In this document: in pieces, positions 9,560-19,899 of the stretch
How the letters are laid out: each line of letters opens with the position of its first letter
Position numbering within the stretch: position 1 is the first letter of the stretch
Virus record (IMG/VR): IMGVR_UViG_3300034346_000019
Span: 1 to 52,767 of that record
Direction: 5' to 3' (one strand)
Origin: a virus
DNA length: 52,767 nt
Made by a program: the position numbers and the translations under genes
The notes under the pieces: generated by a model
The model's input: only the letters and a program-made list of their open reading frames with translations
Database searches by the model: none
What the model was told of the DNA's origin: nothing

Positions 9560-12208
9560 ATGGCAGAAAAAATAGTACTAGCGGAGCTTGATATTGATGT
9601 AGAAGGGTTAGTAAAGAATACATCAGAATTAAAAAAGCAATTAGACGCGCTGAAGAAGGCGCAAGCGGAACTAAAAAAGGCGGGTGATACATCAAGTAAA
9701 ACCTATATTAAAAATGCTGCGGATATAAAAACGCTATCACAAGCGTACAACACAAATGTAAAAGCATTAAGTGAAAATACAAAAGCAGTTGCAGAGTTAG
9801 CAGCGCGTGAGGATTTATTAAACACCGTTTTAAAGCAAGAAGTTACAAGCATCAAGGAGGCGAGGGCGCAAAACAAATTACTAAATAAATTGCGTAACGA
9901 AACAAACGCAACAACTGAAGAAGGTAGGCAGCAGATAGAACAATTAAACGCTGCGCTGAATGCTAATAATGATTTTATTCGAGAGAACGCGGACAATTAT
10001 CTACAACAAAAAATAAACATTGGTAACTACAAAGACTCTATAAAAGAAGCATTTGAAGAATTAAATATTTTCAATGGTGGCATAGTTGGATTTATAGCTA
10101 GGTCAAAAGAAGCTGGCGGAGTAGGTAAATTGTTTTCGTCTTCATTAAAGGAAATGACCAAAGGGATGATAGGGATGACTAAAGCGACGTTATCTTTTCT
10201 ATTAACTCCTATCGGTGTATTCTTAGCTGCGATAAGTGCAGCATTCTTACTAGTTAGAAACGCTATGAATCGAAGCGAAGAATCTACTAATAAAATAAAC
10301 AAAGCTTTTTCTGTTTTTAGCGGACTATTGAACCTAGTGTTAAGAGCGTTAAAACCTTTAGGCGATTTTTTAATAAACGGGATAGTAAAATCTTTAGAGT
10401 TTGTAGAAAAATCTGTTTATGCTGTTATAGAGTCTTTTGCGGGAATACTTAGTTTTCTAGGATTTGACGAAATGGCTGATAGCGTTCGCGGCTTTAACAA
10501 CGAAATGAAAGAAGCTACAAAATCAGCGAAGGCTTTAGCAGATGCGGAGGCGGAATTAAAAAAAGCCCAAAGGGAAACAGGGAAAGAAGTAAAGAAACTA
10601 CAAAAACAGCAAGAGGATTTAAGGCAAGTTAGGGACGATGTTACAAAAACTTATAAGGAGCGAAACAAAGCAAACGATGAACTAGCGTTAAAACTACAAG
10701 AGCAGCAAAGGCTTGAATTAAAAACGGCAGCTATAGCGGTAAAAGCTGCAAAACTATATATAAAAGAAAAAGGGAAGCAAAAAGATTCTTTAGATAGATT
10801 AGCAGCTGCGGAAGAAGAGTATAGCGATGTTTTAGAAAGAGTTAATGGTATTGAATCTGAACAGCTTACAAATCGAAATGCGCTTCAAAAAGAAGCTGCC
10901 GACAAAGCTAAAGCAATAAGAGAAAAAGCTTTTAATGATTCTATAAAAAAGCTAGACGACGAATTAAAATTATTTATCGCTCAACAAGGAACGCGTGCAA
11001 AAACTTTAGAAGAACAGTTAGTAGTTGCTAAGGGTATTGCTGAAAGAGAAACGGAAATATTAAAAACAAAGCTAAAAAACAATAAAAAGTTCCAAGCCGA
11101 ATATGATGCAGAAATATTAAAAATAAACAATGATCTGGCAGACAAAAAAGCGGACATAATTGTTGAAAATGCTGAGCTAGAGTTAAATAAGTATATCAAA
11201 ACTAATGAGTCTAAACTTGATAATGATAAGTTTTTTAGTGATGAATCGTTACGCATAGAGAAAGAGCGGCTTAATTCCATTGCGAAAAAGCAAGGAGAAT
11301 TTGCGAAAATCCAATTAGAACAGGGTAAAATAAACAAAACCGAGTATAACGCAGCTATTAATGAAATTAATGACGAGAATCAGAAAGGAATTGACGAAGC
11401 TAAAAGAAAAAGGGATAAGGATAAGAAAGAAGCTGAAACAATTGACGCGGAGAATCAAAGAATACTAGACGAGGAAAAATTTAATACCGAATTAGAACTA
11501 CAATTAAATAGGCTTCAAATAAAGAAGGAGCAAGAAATTGAAGTAGCGAAAGATAAAGGTGCTAGTGTAGAAAAAATAGAATCCGTATACAGGTTAAAAA
11601 AAGAACAATTAGAAGCGGCTGCATTAGAAGCTAAAAGAAACGCAAACGCGACAGCATTTGGACAAATTGCAGATTTACTAGGAGAGGAAACAGCACTAGG
11701 AAAAGCGGCTGCATTAGCTCAATCAGCAATAAATATTCAAGTAGGTATAACTAAAGCGTTAGCAAGTAAGGGGTTTGCTGGAATTGTAGAAGGTGCGGTA
11801 ATAGCAGCGAAGGGCGCGCAATCAGTCGCTAAGATAACAGGAATAGGGACTAAGTTTGAAAAAGGAGGATTTAGAGAAGTCGGTGGCAAACGGCATAGTC
11901 AAGGAGGCACAAAGTTTTTTGGCGAAGATGGTACTGGGTTGGAGGTTGAGAAAGGTGAGGGAATTGGAGTTTTTAGCCGAGATGAATTTACAGCATTAAG
12001 AAATCAGAATAATGCTTCTTTAGCTTCATTAGGGACTACTAATAATATTACACAGTTTGTTAGTCAAAGCAATTCACTTTCGGAAGGGCAAGTTTTTGCT
12101 GCGGTATCCAAAGCCTTTCAATCGATGCCTCAACAAGTCGTCGCGGTTGAAGATATTATATACCAATCACAGAGTTATGTTCAAGTTAAAACGGCTGCGG
12201 ATCTATGA
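9560..12208 (+). CDS. Putative tape measure protein (882 aa)
   Basis: Long Lys/Glu/Ala coiled-coil, central hydrophobic helices (LSFLLTPIGVFLAAISAAFLLV) and a Gly-rich C-terminal region. Position relative to the fibre genes is atypical. Confidence 0.6.
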   Translation: MAEKIVLAELDIDVEGLVKNTSELKKQLDALKKAQAELKKAGDTSSKTYIKNAADIKTLSQAYNTNVKALSENTKAVAELAAREDLLNTVLKQEVTSIKEARAQNKLLNKLRNETNATTEEGRQQIEQLNAALNANNDFIRENADNYLQQKINIGNYKDSIKEAFEELNIFNGGIVGFIARSKEAGGVGKLFSSSLKEMTKGMIGMTKATLSFLLTPIGVFLAAISAAFLLVRNAMNRSEESTNKINKAFSVFSGLLNLVLRALKPLGDFLINGIVKSLEFVEKSVYAVIESFAGILSFLGFDEMADSVRGFNNEMKEATKSAKALADAEAELKKAQRETGKEVKKLQKQQEDLRQVRDDVTKTYKERNKANDELALKLQEQQRLELKTAAIAVKAAKLYIKEKGKQKDSLDRLAAAEEEYSDVLERVNGIESEQLTNRNALQKEAADKAKAIREKAFNDSIKKLDDELKLFIAQQGTRAKTLEEQLVVAKGIAERETEILKTKLKNNKKFQAEYDAEILKINNDLADKKADIIVENAELELNKYIKTNESKLDNDKFFSDESLRIEKERLNSIAKKQGEFAKIQLEQGKINKTEYNAAINEINDENQKGIDEAKRKRDKDKKEAETIDAENQRILDEEKFNTELELQLNRLQIKKEQEIEVAKDKGASVEKIESVYRLKKEQLEAAALEAKRNANATAFGQIADLLGEETALGKAAALAQSAINIQVGITKALASKGFAGIVEGAVIAAKGAQSVAKITGIGTKFEKGGFREVGGKRHSQGGTKFFGEDGTGLEVEKGEGIGVFSRDEFTALRNQNNASLASLGTTNNITQFVSQSNSLSEGQVFAAVSKAFQSMPQQVVAVEDIIYQSQSYVQVKTAADL

Positions 12209-12459
12209 TAAAAGATATTTTAAGCGGCTGGACAAACTTTATTGATAAATCAGAAGTAACGGAAGAAATAGCAAAGGAACGCGCAGAAATATGCGCAACA
12301 TGTGAACACGCAAAGAAAGGTATGTTATTAACCTTTATTAAGGACTCCTTAAAAAATATAGAAGGTCACTACTGCAATGATTGTGGCGGATGCCCTTTAT
12401 CAGCTAAAGTAAGAACTAAAAACGATGTTTGTGAAAAATGGCAACGAGATACGAAATAA
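12205..12459 (+). CDS. Cys-rich small protein (84 aa), probable zinc binding
   Basis: CATCEH ... YCNDCGGCP ... C pattern; ATGA overlap with the upstream gene. Confidence 0.55.
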   Translation: MIKDILSGWTNFIDKSEVTEEIAKERAEICATCEHAKKGMLLTFIKDSLKNIEGHYCNDCGGCPLSAKVRTKNDVCEKWQRDTK

Positions 12460-12686
12460 TTAAAAATCTAGGACGCAACTTCTTAGTACTGATTCAAAAC
12501 GGTATAATCTCAATAACATTACTTGAACACAAGACGATGTACGAAGACTATTTAGATGAATTAAATAGTAATAATGTAACAAAATCAGTTTCAAACATAT
12601 CGATTAAATACGACGTAAGCATGCGTAAAATATTTAGAATTGTCGCCTATATGGAGCAAAAAACTACTGACAAAACTATGTCATAG
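12438..12686 (+). CDS. Hypothetical protein (82 aa)
   Basis: Co-oriented ORF, 22-nt overlap with the upstream gene. Confidence 0.5.
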   Translation: MATRYEIIKNLGRNFLVLIQNGIISITLLEHKTMYEDYLDELNSNNVTKSVSNISIKYDVSMRKIFRIVAYMEQKTTDKTMS

Positions 12687-12719
12687 AAAAAAGCCTACAT
12701 ATAATATACCTTTGTCTGC

Positions 12720-13901
12720 ATGACAGGGAATCTATACATTAATGGAGATATAGGTAAATACACAGCATCTGACGGTGAAGAAATCGACGGCGTTGTTTTA
12801 CTTGATATTATACAACAAGTTAAGAAGTACCCAGACGCAGAGCGATTTAAACTACACATAAATACGTTAGGTGGATCTATCTACGAGGGGAAAAGAATAA
12901 AAGAATACTTAGAGTCTTTAGGGAAACCGATTGATACATATGGTTACAATGTAGTTGCATCGATGGGTACCGATATTTTCTTACTAGGAGAGAAAAGAGA
13001 GCTTAAAAAGGGAACTGACTTTTTTATTCACTTGCCACAAGGTGGCGTGCATGGCGACTCAGAACACATAATGGATTACGCCAAAGAAATGGCTGATCTT
13101 AAAAAAGAAATGCTTGACAACTACATCCAAGCAACAGGGCTGAATCAAGAGGCGTTAATGCCCTTGCTAATTGATGAAACTACACTTACAACAGAGCAAG
13201 CATATAGTTTAGGTTTTGCAAACTCTCAACCGCTTGCGGTTGAGCCTATCGCGTATTTTAACACTAATATAAATAATAATAATATGAATTTAACAGCAGA
13301 GGATAAGAGCTGGATAGATAAGCAGTTTGAAGGTATTTCAAATAGCCTATCTAAGATTTTTAAATCAACTCCAAAAAATGTGATGGAGACAGCCGCCGAC
13401 GGGGAGACAATGATTGATTTTCCAGACATAGAAGAGGGTCAGCCTATCTCTATAGGCGCAAAAGCTATGGTGGACGGATCTCCCGCCGAAGGCGAATATG
13501 TAATGCCTAGCGGAAACACATTTGTTTTTGTAGCGGGGGAACTTACCGAGATTAGAGAATCGGAAGCTAAAGAAGAAGGTGCTGAAGGAGACGCTGAAAT
13601 GCTAGCCTTTATTGAAGATTTGAAAAAGCAACTTACAGTAAGCAAAGATGAGTTCGCAACTGCAAAAAAAGAAAACGAAACGATTAAGAAAGAGTTAGTA
13701 GCGGTTAATAAGGAAAAACAAACGCTTATCACTCAAGTTTCTAACATTAAAAGTCAGCAAGAAAAATTTCAAAAAGAACTGAAAACTAAGTTTGATTTTA
13801 CTGCAAAAAAAGAAGGTGAAAAAGAGGCTGATACAGGAATCGAAAAAAATGATGCAAAAAACGCATTAGAAACAATTAGAAACAAAAGAAAAAACAAGTA
13901 A
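12720..13901 (+). CDS. ClpP-like (S14) prohead protease fused to a scaffold-like coiled-coil C-terminus
   Basis: INTLGGSIYEG, VASMGTD and FFIHLPQGG parallel ClpP INSPGGS / ASMG / MIHQPxGG. Acidic coiled-coil tail. Lies immediately upstream of the capsid gene. Confidence 0.85.
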   Translation: MTGNLYINGDIGKYTASDGEEIDGVVLLDIIQQVKKYPDAERFKLHINTLGGSIYEGKRIKEYLESLGKPIDTYGYNVVASMGTDIFLLGEKRELKKGTDFFIHLPQGGVHGDSEHIMDYAKEMADLKKEMLDNYIQATGLNQEALMPLLIDETTLTTEQAYSLGFANSQPLAVEPIAYFNTNINNNNMNLTAEDKSWIDKQFEGISNSLSKIFKSTPKNVMETAADGETMIDFPDIEEGQPISIGAKAMVDGSPAEGEYVMPSGNTFVFVAGELTEIRESEAKEEGAEGDAEMLAFIEDLKKQLTVSKDEFATAKKENETIKKELVAVNKEKQTLITQVSNIKSQQEKFQKELKTKFDFTAKKEGEKEADTGIEKNDAKNALETIRNKRKNK

Positions 13902-13904
13902 GAC

Positions 13905-14981
13905 ATGGCAAGTGCAATTAATAATGGGGCATTTACATTTAACCCCGAAGAAATAAAAGATTGGTCTGAAGTAATTAACGAATTAACATTCGCCGATCCA
14001 GACTTAAACGCTATTCACGACATTCAACAAGGTATTAAATACGACGAGCAAATAGTGTTTGCTGGTAAGATTGGATTGATGGGTAAAAAAGTAGGCGCAA
14101 ACTGCGCACCGAACGAAATTTCAGGTATTTCGTTAACGGAAAAGTTTTGGAATCCTGTATTTGAAGACTTCAGATTAACACATTGTTCTACAGATGTTAA
14201 CACGCAAGATAAGTTAGTTAACCAAATGGCTCGAATGAATCCTGATTATAGAGATGTAGTATCTGGTTCTAATTCAAGCACAGGAAATTTCTTAGTAGGA
14301 AAAGTTATTGACGGGTTCAACGAAACTATTTTAAGGAAAGCATGGTTTAACGACACGGCAGCCGACACGGTGGTAAACGGTGGAGTGTTGACAAATGGAA
14401 CTGATAAGGAGTTTTTTAATTCATTTGATGGAATTTTTAAACAAATGTTTGTCGAGATTCCAGATACTGATAGTAAATATGTGAGTATTCCTAAAAATGG
14501 AAGAGCTAACTATGAGGATCAAGAATTAACCGCAAATGAATCTATTGCTATTTTAAAAGCAATGTACAAAAAAGCGGACAGCCGATTACTTAGTGATCCA
14601 AACAAAAAGTTTTACGTTACAAGAACAATCTGGGATGGTTATTTGGATGATTTAGAGGACATTCAAAATCAAGGAGCTGGAAACACTCTTATTAATGAAG
14701 AAGGGAAAGAAACTCTAAGATACAGAGGTGTAGAAGTTGTTAAGATGGAGATTTGGGATCGTATCATCGAAGATTTTGAAAACAACGGGACTACTTACAA
14801 TCTACCACACAGAGCAGTTTTAACAACTCCTTTAAATATTCCGATTGGTACACTTTCTCAAGATGATTGGGGAACGTTAGACGCATTTTATGACAAGGTA
14901 ACTGCTAAGAATTACATAGACGGAATCTATTCCCTTGATTCTAAATTTATGCAAAAGTACTTAGCAATATTCGCATATTAA
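13905..14981 (+). CDS. Major capsid protein (putative, HK97-fold expected)
   Basis: 358-aa ORF directly after the protease/scaffold gene; size and position typical. Confidence 0.7.
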   Translation: MASAINNGAFTFNPEEIKDWSEVINELTFADPDLNAIHDIQQGIKYDEQIVFAGKIGLMGKKVGANCAPNEISGISLTEKFWNPVFEDFRLTHCSTDVNTQDKLVNQMARMNPDYRDVVSGSNSSTGNFLVGKVIDGFNETILRKAWFNDTAADTVVNGGVLTNGTDKEFFNSFDGIFKQMFVEIPDTDSKYVSIPKNGRANYEDQELTANESIAILKAMYKKADSRLLSDPNKKFYVTRTIWDGYLDDLEDIQNQGAGNTLINEEGKETLRYRGVEVVKMEIWDRIIEDFENNGTTYNLPHRAVLTTPLNIPIGTLSQDDWGTLDAFYDKVTAKNYIDGIYSLDSKFMQKYLAIFAY

Positions 14982-15002
14982 TAATTTAAAAAACAGAAAA
15001 AC

Positions 15003-15587
15003 ATGGCATGTGAAGGATTGATTACAGCGGATATGTTATTTGATTGTCTTAACGCTCCTATTGGGGGAATTGAGGTAAACGTTTTATTATTCAATGTTGT
15101 AGATATAGATTACTCAGCACTCACAAGGGATGCTGCAAACCCTGATATTATCACAAATTTCGCTTTGAAAGCTGGAAAGACAGGTTTTTTACTTCAAGGC
15201 ATTAAGCAAGTAAATAGCGGGGCATCTGAACTTGTTAAAAAAGAGTTTTCTAACGACAAGAGAAAGCACACTTTTAACGGTACAGTATTTAATGTTAGTG
15301 CAGCAAACAAGTTGCAGATAAATCAAATGGCAGAAGGTGGAAAATATGTTGCTATTGTTGAAAGAAAATGGAAAGGAACAAACAACACCGAAGCGTTCTT
15401 AGCTTATGGAACACAGTCGGGCCTAGAGCTCACAACAGAAGTGCATAACACTAATGAAAATGATGGTGTTTTACAATTCTCTTTAGCGAGTGCTGACGGA
15501 TACGAAGAAAACTTATTGCCTAGTACGGTTTTAGAAACTGACTACGCAACAACTAAAGCCGCTTTTGATGCAAAGTTTGCAGCTTAA
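15003..15587 (+). CDS. Virion structural protein (possible major tail or decoration protein), 194 aa
   Basis: Follows the capsid gene; beta-rich composition; function uncertain. Confidence 0.55.
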   Translation: MACEGLITADMLFDCLNAPIGGIEVNVLLFNVVDIDYSALTRDAANPDIITNFALKAGKTGFLLQGIKQVNSGASELVKKEFSNDKRKHTFNGTVFNVSAANKLQINQMAEGGKYVAIVERKWKGTNNTEAFLAYGTQSGLELTTEVHNTNENDGVLQFSLASADGYEENLLPSTVLETDYATTKAAFDAKFAA

Positions 15588-15597
15588 TTGGTTAGAA

Positions 15598-16110
15598 ATG
15601 GAAGTTAATGACATCGTTAGCAAAGTAACTGCTAACGGTGTTAAATACTTGGAGTTGTTTATACGAGATTATACGAGAGAATTTAACACAACGGTAAATC
15701 CTAGCTGCGGCAAATGTATTGCAGACTACTTAAGAATTTACAAAGAAAAATTTCAAGCAATGGAAAATTCAAGCGATTACCAACTACATAAAAAAAGAGA
15801 ACATCTACAATTAGAGTTCGGAAGCAATATTAGGGTTTCAAATGCTAATATTACTAATGAGTACGCAAAACGGTTAATTAGTAGATACCACCCTATTCAC
15901 GGAGAGAAAACACTAGACTATTTATTTTCTAAATATCCTAAAAATGAAACTGAAATAGTAGTTGAGGAATTAGATGTGAATATTGAAAATTTGATAAAAA
16001 ATACAGCAGAAAAACCAAATGACGAATTGACATTTTCAGCATTAAAATTAAAATACCCAAACATAAAGGCGAGATCAAGAGAGAAGTTCCTTGCAAAAAT
16101 ATCTGAATAA
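15598..16110 (+). CDS. Hypothetical protein (about 171 aa)
   Basis: The track ORF starts at TTG 15565, overlapping the upstream gene. ATG 15598 (MEVNDIV) is preferred. Confidence 0.55.
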   Translation: MEVNDIVSKVTANGVKYLELFIRDYTREFNTTVNPSCGKCIADYLRIYKEKFQAMENSSDYQLHKKREHLQLEFGSNIRVSNANITNEYAKRLISRYHPIHGEKTLDYLFSKYPKNETEIVVEELDVNIENLIKNTAEKPNDELTFSALKLKYPNIKARSREKFLAKISE

Positions 16111-17336
16111 TGGCATCAAAAATGCAAACATTCTTTTTTGACTTAGCTAAGCGGCTGATAAAATGGGATAAGAGTCTGGAGGTTTACCGAAACGGTGTAG
16201 ATAACGCATATACAGAACGTACTGACAGACTTATAAATAATTCGGTAACCGCTAAAATGGCTAGCGGGATAATGCAGCAGTACCTTATCGGAAAAGGCTT
16301 TGGAGAAAGCGACGACAGTATAATTAATTCAGACACAGAACAAACGTTAATTGATTTTTCGGAAGATGTGTGCGAGTCGCTGGTGGAAAATAGAGGTGTA
16401 GCTATACACTTTAACTACATCGTTGATAAAGAAACAAACTTAAAACCAATAAATCCAGAGGTGATACCATTTAATACTGCTAGGTTAGGAAAAAAAGACA
16501 GTAAAAAATACAGCGGAAAAATATTACTTCACGATGATTGGGTTTGTGAAAGAATAAAAGCAGAATCTGCTTCCGTATTTGATGTATTTAATAATAATCA
16601 AGATGTTGTTAAGGCTCAAGTAAAAGCGGCTGGAGGCATAACGAAGTATAAGGGTCAAATTCTATACATAAGCTACGACAAGAAATATTATTACCCGTTA
16701 TCCCGCATTGACTCAGTAATGAATGATTGTGATAGTGAGGCTCAGGCTTCTGTTTATAAAAATCAACTACTTAGAAATGGTTTTTTCGGAAAAACACTAG
16801 TAGTTACAAGACCTTTAATTGATTCAGATGTAGAGGAATATAAACTTGTAGATGGTGCAAATGTGAGAAACCCTGAGTACCACAGAATGCAAAGTGAAGC
16901 GGATAAAACAAAAGAGACAATAGAAAAATTCTTAGGCGCAGAAAATGTTGGCGGTGCTATGATGATTGAGCTAGAGCATAACGGACAAAGTTTTGACGAA
17001 GCGATTATGATTAAGCAAATCGAAAGCAAGATAGATGATAAGATGTTTGAGTTTACAGAAAATAGCGTTTCAAAGAATATACTTATGGCGTTTTGCAACA
17101 TTCCTGTTTCATTAGTTAAATCTCCTGATAGCGCATTACTTGGAAATAGTGGTGAAGCACTTAGAGAGGCTAAAAAATCATATTGGGAAAATACAGAAAA
17201 AGAAAGAAACAAATTTGTTGCGCTGATTAACCGTGTGCTATCGGTTATGAGTACTGAAATGGAAATAAACATAATACCTCTAATAGATGTCAATAACAAC
17301 AAAATTAATCAACAGAGTACAGATACAGAAATATAA
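16110..17336 (+). CDS. Portal-like protein (408 aa)
   Basis: Size and motif order resemble HK97-type portals (...FLGAENVGGAMMIE..., ...ILMAFCNIPVSLV..., ...EALREAKKSYWENT...). Not adjacent to terL. Confidence 0.6.
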   Translation: MASKMQTFFFDLAKRLIKWDKSLEVYRNGVDNAYTERTDRLINNSVTAKMASGIMQQYLIGKGFGESDDSIINSDTEQTLIDFSEDVCESLVENRGVAIHFNYIVDKETNLKPINPEVIPFNTARLGKKDSKKYSGKILLHDDWVCERIKAESASVFDVFNNNQDVVKAQVKAAGGITKYKGQILYISYDKKYYYPLSRIDSVMNDCDSEAQASVYKNQLLRNGFFGKTLVVTRPLIDSDVEEYKLVDGANVRNPEYHRMQSEADKTKETIEKFLGAENVGGAMMIELEHNGQSFDEAIMIKQIESKIDDKMFEFTENSVSKNILMAFCNIPVSLVKSPDSALLGNSGEALREAKKSYWENTEKERNKFVALINRVLSVMSTEMEINIIPLIDVNNNKINQQSTDTEI

Positions 17337-17847
17337 ACAATTGTCCTCAAGCGGGTATGAAGCTAAGTTAGATCAAATTATATTAGACGCTCAATTTATA
17401 GATTTACGCCCATTGTTAGGAGAGGAGTTATATAATGACTTACTAAACAAAGTAGAGGATGGAAGCAATCAATACGATGACCTTTTAGATGGTAGTACTT
17501 ATACATATCAAAACACAACATATAACAACTACGGTTTACGTGTTGTTTTAGCAAACTACATATATGCACGTTGGATAATGGAAGGTGATGTAATTGATAA
17601 TCCTTTTGGCGCAACTAGAAAACTAAATCAAGGAGTTAGTGAGCCTATTTCTTTTCAGACAAAAAAACAACTAGATACTGATAATAAAAATTCAGCTTAC
17701 AATTATTGGCTAAATGTGAGGGCGTTTATTGTTAGAACAGGACTACCGCTATACAATGTCTGCCGTCCTCAAAAAAACACGTTTAAAATATCAAAAATAA
17801 GCACAAGCAGAAATGACTATAATTATAGATACGGTAAGCGATACTAG
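17287..17847 (+). CDS. Hypothetical head/neck-module protein
   Basis: ATG 17287 overlaps the portal-like gene by 50 nt; alternative TTG start at 17341. Confidence 0.55.
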   Translation: MSITTKLINRVQIQKYKQLSSSGYEAKLDQIILDAQFIDLRPLLGEELYNDLLNKVEDGSNQYDDLLDGSTYTYQNTTYNNYGLRVVLANYIYARWIMEGDVIDNPFGATRKLNQGVSEPISFQTKKQLDTDNKNSAYNYWLNVRAFIVRTGLPLYNVCRPQKNTFKISKISTSRNDYNYRYGKRY

Positions 17848-18643
17848 ATTTACGTACAATGGAATAGAGTATTTTAAAAATTTCACTCCAATAGTAAGAG
17901 GTGACAATATCGAAGTTGTTAATACGTATGACAGAAGAATATCATTGACAGATTCGCCTACTATTTATTCAGATTATATAGTTGATGGAGTTGCATTCGC
18001 GACAGTTGAATTATTGCAAACCGCATTGCTACCTGTATTATTTACTAGATCCACTTTAAGCGGTGGCGGTGGCGGCAGTAGTGATGTTTTACAAAGAGCT
18101 GTTGCAGTTTTCGCAGAAGCTACAAGCGTGAACAATGCAACTATTTACAGCGAACTGAACGCTACAAAATTATCTATTCCTAGAAATTCAGACTTAGCTT
18201 ATGAAACTTGGTTATCTGGAAACGGACAAACAACAAATCAAGTGCTTAATATTTATTTTGAAAAAGGTGTAACACCCGAATTTTTAACATACATAAATGG
18301 TGGAACAGGCGTTTCTACAATGAAAGGAGGTTGTAAAAATACGTTGATATACGGCATGACTTCGCAAACAAAATGGAATGCTAGGAGTTACACGACGGTT
18401 TATACTGATCCTGTAGCTGACGCATTTTTACTATTTGACGCAACAGGAACAACAGGAACAGACGGAACAAGCGGATCGGGAGTGTTAAACTCATATAGCT
18501 ATACTCAGAATTTCGGACGGGGTGAAGAATTGCAAATACTTCCAAACTCTCCTTTGATTTACGGCTTAGTACTAAGAATCGCAGACAGATACAATGAAAA
18601 TTATATATCAATAAAAAGAATATGGCTACACTACAACCAATAA
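17813..18643 (+). CDS. Hypothetical structural-module protein (276 aa) with a Gly5-Ser2 linker
   Basis: Two-domain ORF separated by GGGGGSS. Confidence 0.55.
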   Translation: MTIIIDTVSDTRFTYNGIEYFKNFTPIVRGDNIEVVNTYDRRISLTDSPTIYSDYIVDGVAFATVELLQTALLPVLFTRSTLSGGGGGSSDVLQRAVAVFAEATSVNNATIYSELNATKLSIPRNSDLAYETWLSGNGQTTNQVLNIYFEKGVTPEFLTYINGGTGVSTMKGGCKNTLIYGMTSQTKWNARSYTTVYTDPVADAFLLFDATGTTGTDGTSGSGVLNSYSYTQNFGRGEELQILPNSPLIYGLVLRIADRYNENYISIKRIWLHYNQ

Positions 18644-19194
18644 TATGGGAGATAGAAGAGTTCGCTGGATTAATGGGTGATCAATTAACGGGTAAGGATT
18701 TCACAATAACAAAACAACTAACCGCTACGGAATTAGATTTTGACAAAGGGCGTGAAGCTGGAAAAATCTATTCGCTAACTAGGGACGAAAATATCACAGC
18801 GATAAGTGAAAAACATGAAGATGTGCGCGAAAATGGTTTTTTAACAGGGATCAAAGAAACGTATAGCTGGTATAATTACGACGGAACTATTTTCGAGTCA
18901 AAAGAAAGTATTAAATCTTTAGGAGTTACACGCGCAGAAGAAGAAGAAGAAAACAGGAGAGCGCGACAAATCACATACTTGCAAGGAGCGGGAAAAAGAC
19001 TAGGAAAGCAAAAGGAAATTAACGAGCTATTCAAGCACTACGAAAATATAATTCAGTCATACAAAGGAAACGGAGGCACTGTATTTCTTGGTGCGATAAA
19101 TTCAGAAACAGACAGTGAAATTATAAAGATACTAAACAAGGTGCTAGCAGACGGAAACACAATAAAACAAGCGATACTAAATCAAATAACATAA
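18622..19194 (+). CDS. Hypothetical protein (190 aa)
   Basis: Co-oriented ORF. Confidence 0.55.
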   Translation: MATLQPIIWEIEEFAGLMGDQLTGKDFTITKQLTATELDFDKGREAGKIYSLTRDENITAISEKHEDVRENGFLTGIKETYSWYNYDGTIFESKESIKSLGVTRAEEEEENRRARQITYLQGAGKRLGKQKEINELFKHYENIIQSYKGNGGTVFLGAINSETDSEIIKILNKVLADGNTIKQAILNQIT

Positions 19195-19196
19195 TA

Positions 19197-19379
19197 ATGA
19201 TAGAAACTACCATAACAGAATACGACGCTTATATAGCATCGCTAACAAATGTAGAAATTAAAGAATCAGATGTATGTAATATTCATACAACAATGCATTA
19301 TGAACTAGGGGAGTTGTGCGCTATAAAAACACACCACACTTTAGAGGGAACAAACAAATACGAAATAAAAAGCACCTAA
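19197..19379 (+). CDS. Hypothetical protein (60 aa)
   Basis: Co-oriented ORF. Confidence 0.45.
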   Translation: MIETTITEYDAYIASLTNVEIKESDVCNIHTTMHYELGELCAIKTHHTLEGTNKYEIKST

Positions 19380-19390
19380 TAAATAATTTT

Positions 19391-19897
19391 ATGAATAATA
19401 AATTTTTAAATAGGTTTCGCAAGATTGAAACAATAAAAGCAACATTCTTGATATTTATCCCTTTAATTTTAATATCAGCATCTGGAGAGACAAGGGAAAG
19501 CATTTCCGATTACATTTATTCAGATGTGCGAGATTTATTCGTAGGGTTATTGTCGTTTGCTGCCGCTATGTTTATTTATAATGGTGTTGTGAATAACAAG
19601 TGGTATAATATTGCACTAGGGTTTTCACTTGTAGCTATCTCATTAACACCACATTACGACCTACCTATTATGCATTACGCTAGTGCGGGGTTATTTTTCT
19701 TAGGGTCTATAGTTGTAATGATTTTTTACAGCTCCGCAAAGCAGCGGATTTATAAAATAATTGCTGGATTTTTCATAATACTAGCAATGTCATTACATTT
19801 TGTATTTGACACATTTAGCTTATTAATTGCCGAATGGATAGGGTTAATTCCTATCTCATTACATTTTATATTAGAAACAAACAATAAAATAGATTAG
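19391..19897 (+). CDS. Polytopic membrane protein (about 168 aa)
   Basis: ATG 19391 preferred over GTG 19316; 5-6 hydrophobic helices. Confidence 0.6.
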   Translation: MNNKFLNRFRKIETIKATFLIFIPLILISASGETRESISDYIYSDVRDLFVGLLSFAAAMFIYNGVVNNKWYNIALGFSLVAISLTPHYDLPIMHYASAGLFFLGSIVVMIFYSSAKQRIYKIIAGFFIILAMSLHFVFDTFSLLIAEWIGLIPISLHFILETNNKID

Positions 19898-19899
19898 TT

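Noticed and set aside
9453-11337. Minus-strand ORFs 9453..9695, 9703..9996, 10027..10302 and 10981..11337 opposite the tape-measure-like gene
   Set aside because: They are antisense shadows of a Lys/Glu/Ala-rich coiled-coil gene and give Ser/Phe/Leu-rich nonsense. No start context supports them.
9560-12208. Apparent periodic AAA/GAA-rich repetition, checked as a possible CRISPR-like or tandem array
   Set aside because: There are no exact direct repeats with unique spacers. The periodicity reflects coiled-coil heptads in one long ORF. No CRISPR array, cas gene, reverse transcriptase/DGR or retron-like element was seen anywhere in the window.
12057-12245. 62-aa plus-strand ORF in an alternative frame at the 3' end of the 882-aa gene
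   Set aside because: It is fully embedded in the larger ORF, apart from a short tail that overlaps the next gene. There is no independent support.
13226-13732. Minus ORFs 13226..13429 and 13439..13732 opposite the protease-scaffold gene. Also 16763..17302, 17396..17614 and 18381..18611 opposite the portal-like gene and its neighbours.
   Set aside because: They are antisense to well-supported structural genes.
18059-18078. GGCGGTGGCGGTGGCGGC-type simple repeat
   Set aside because: It simply encodes the Gly5 linker (GGGGGSS) within 17813..18643. It is not an array or regulatory repeat.
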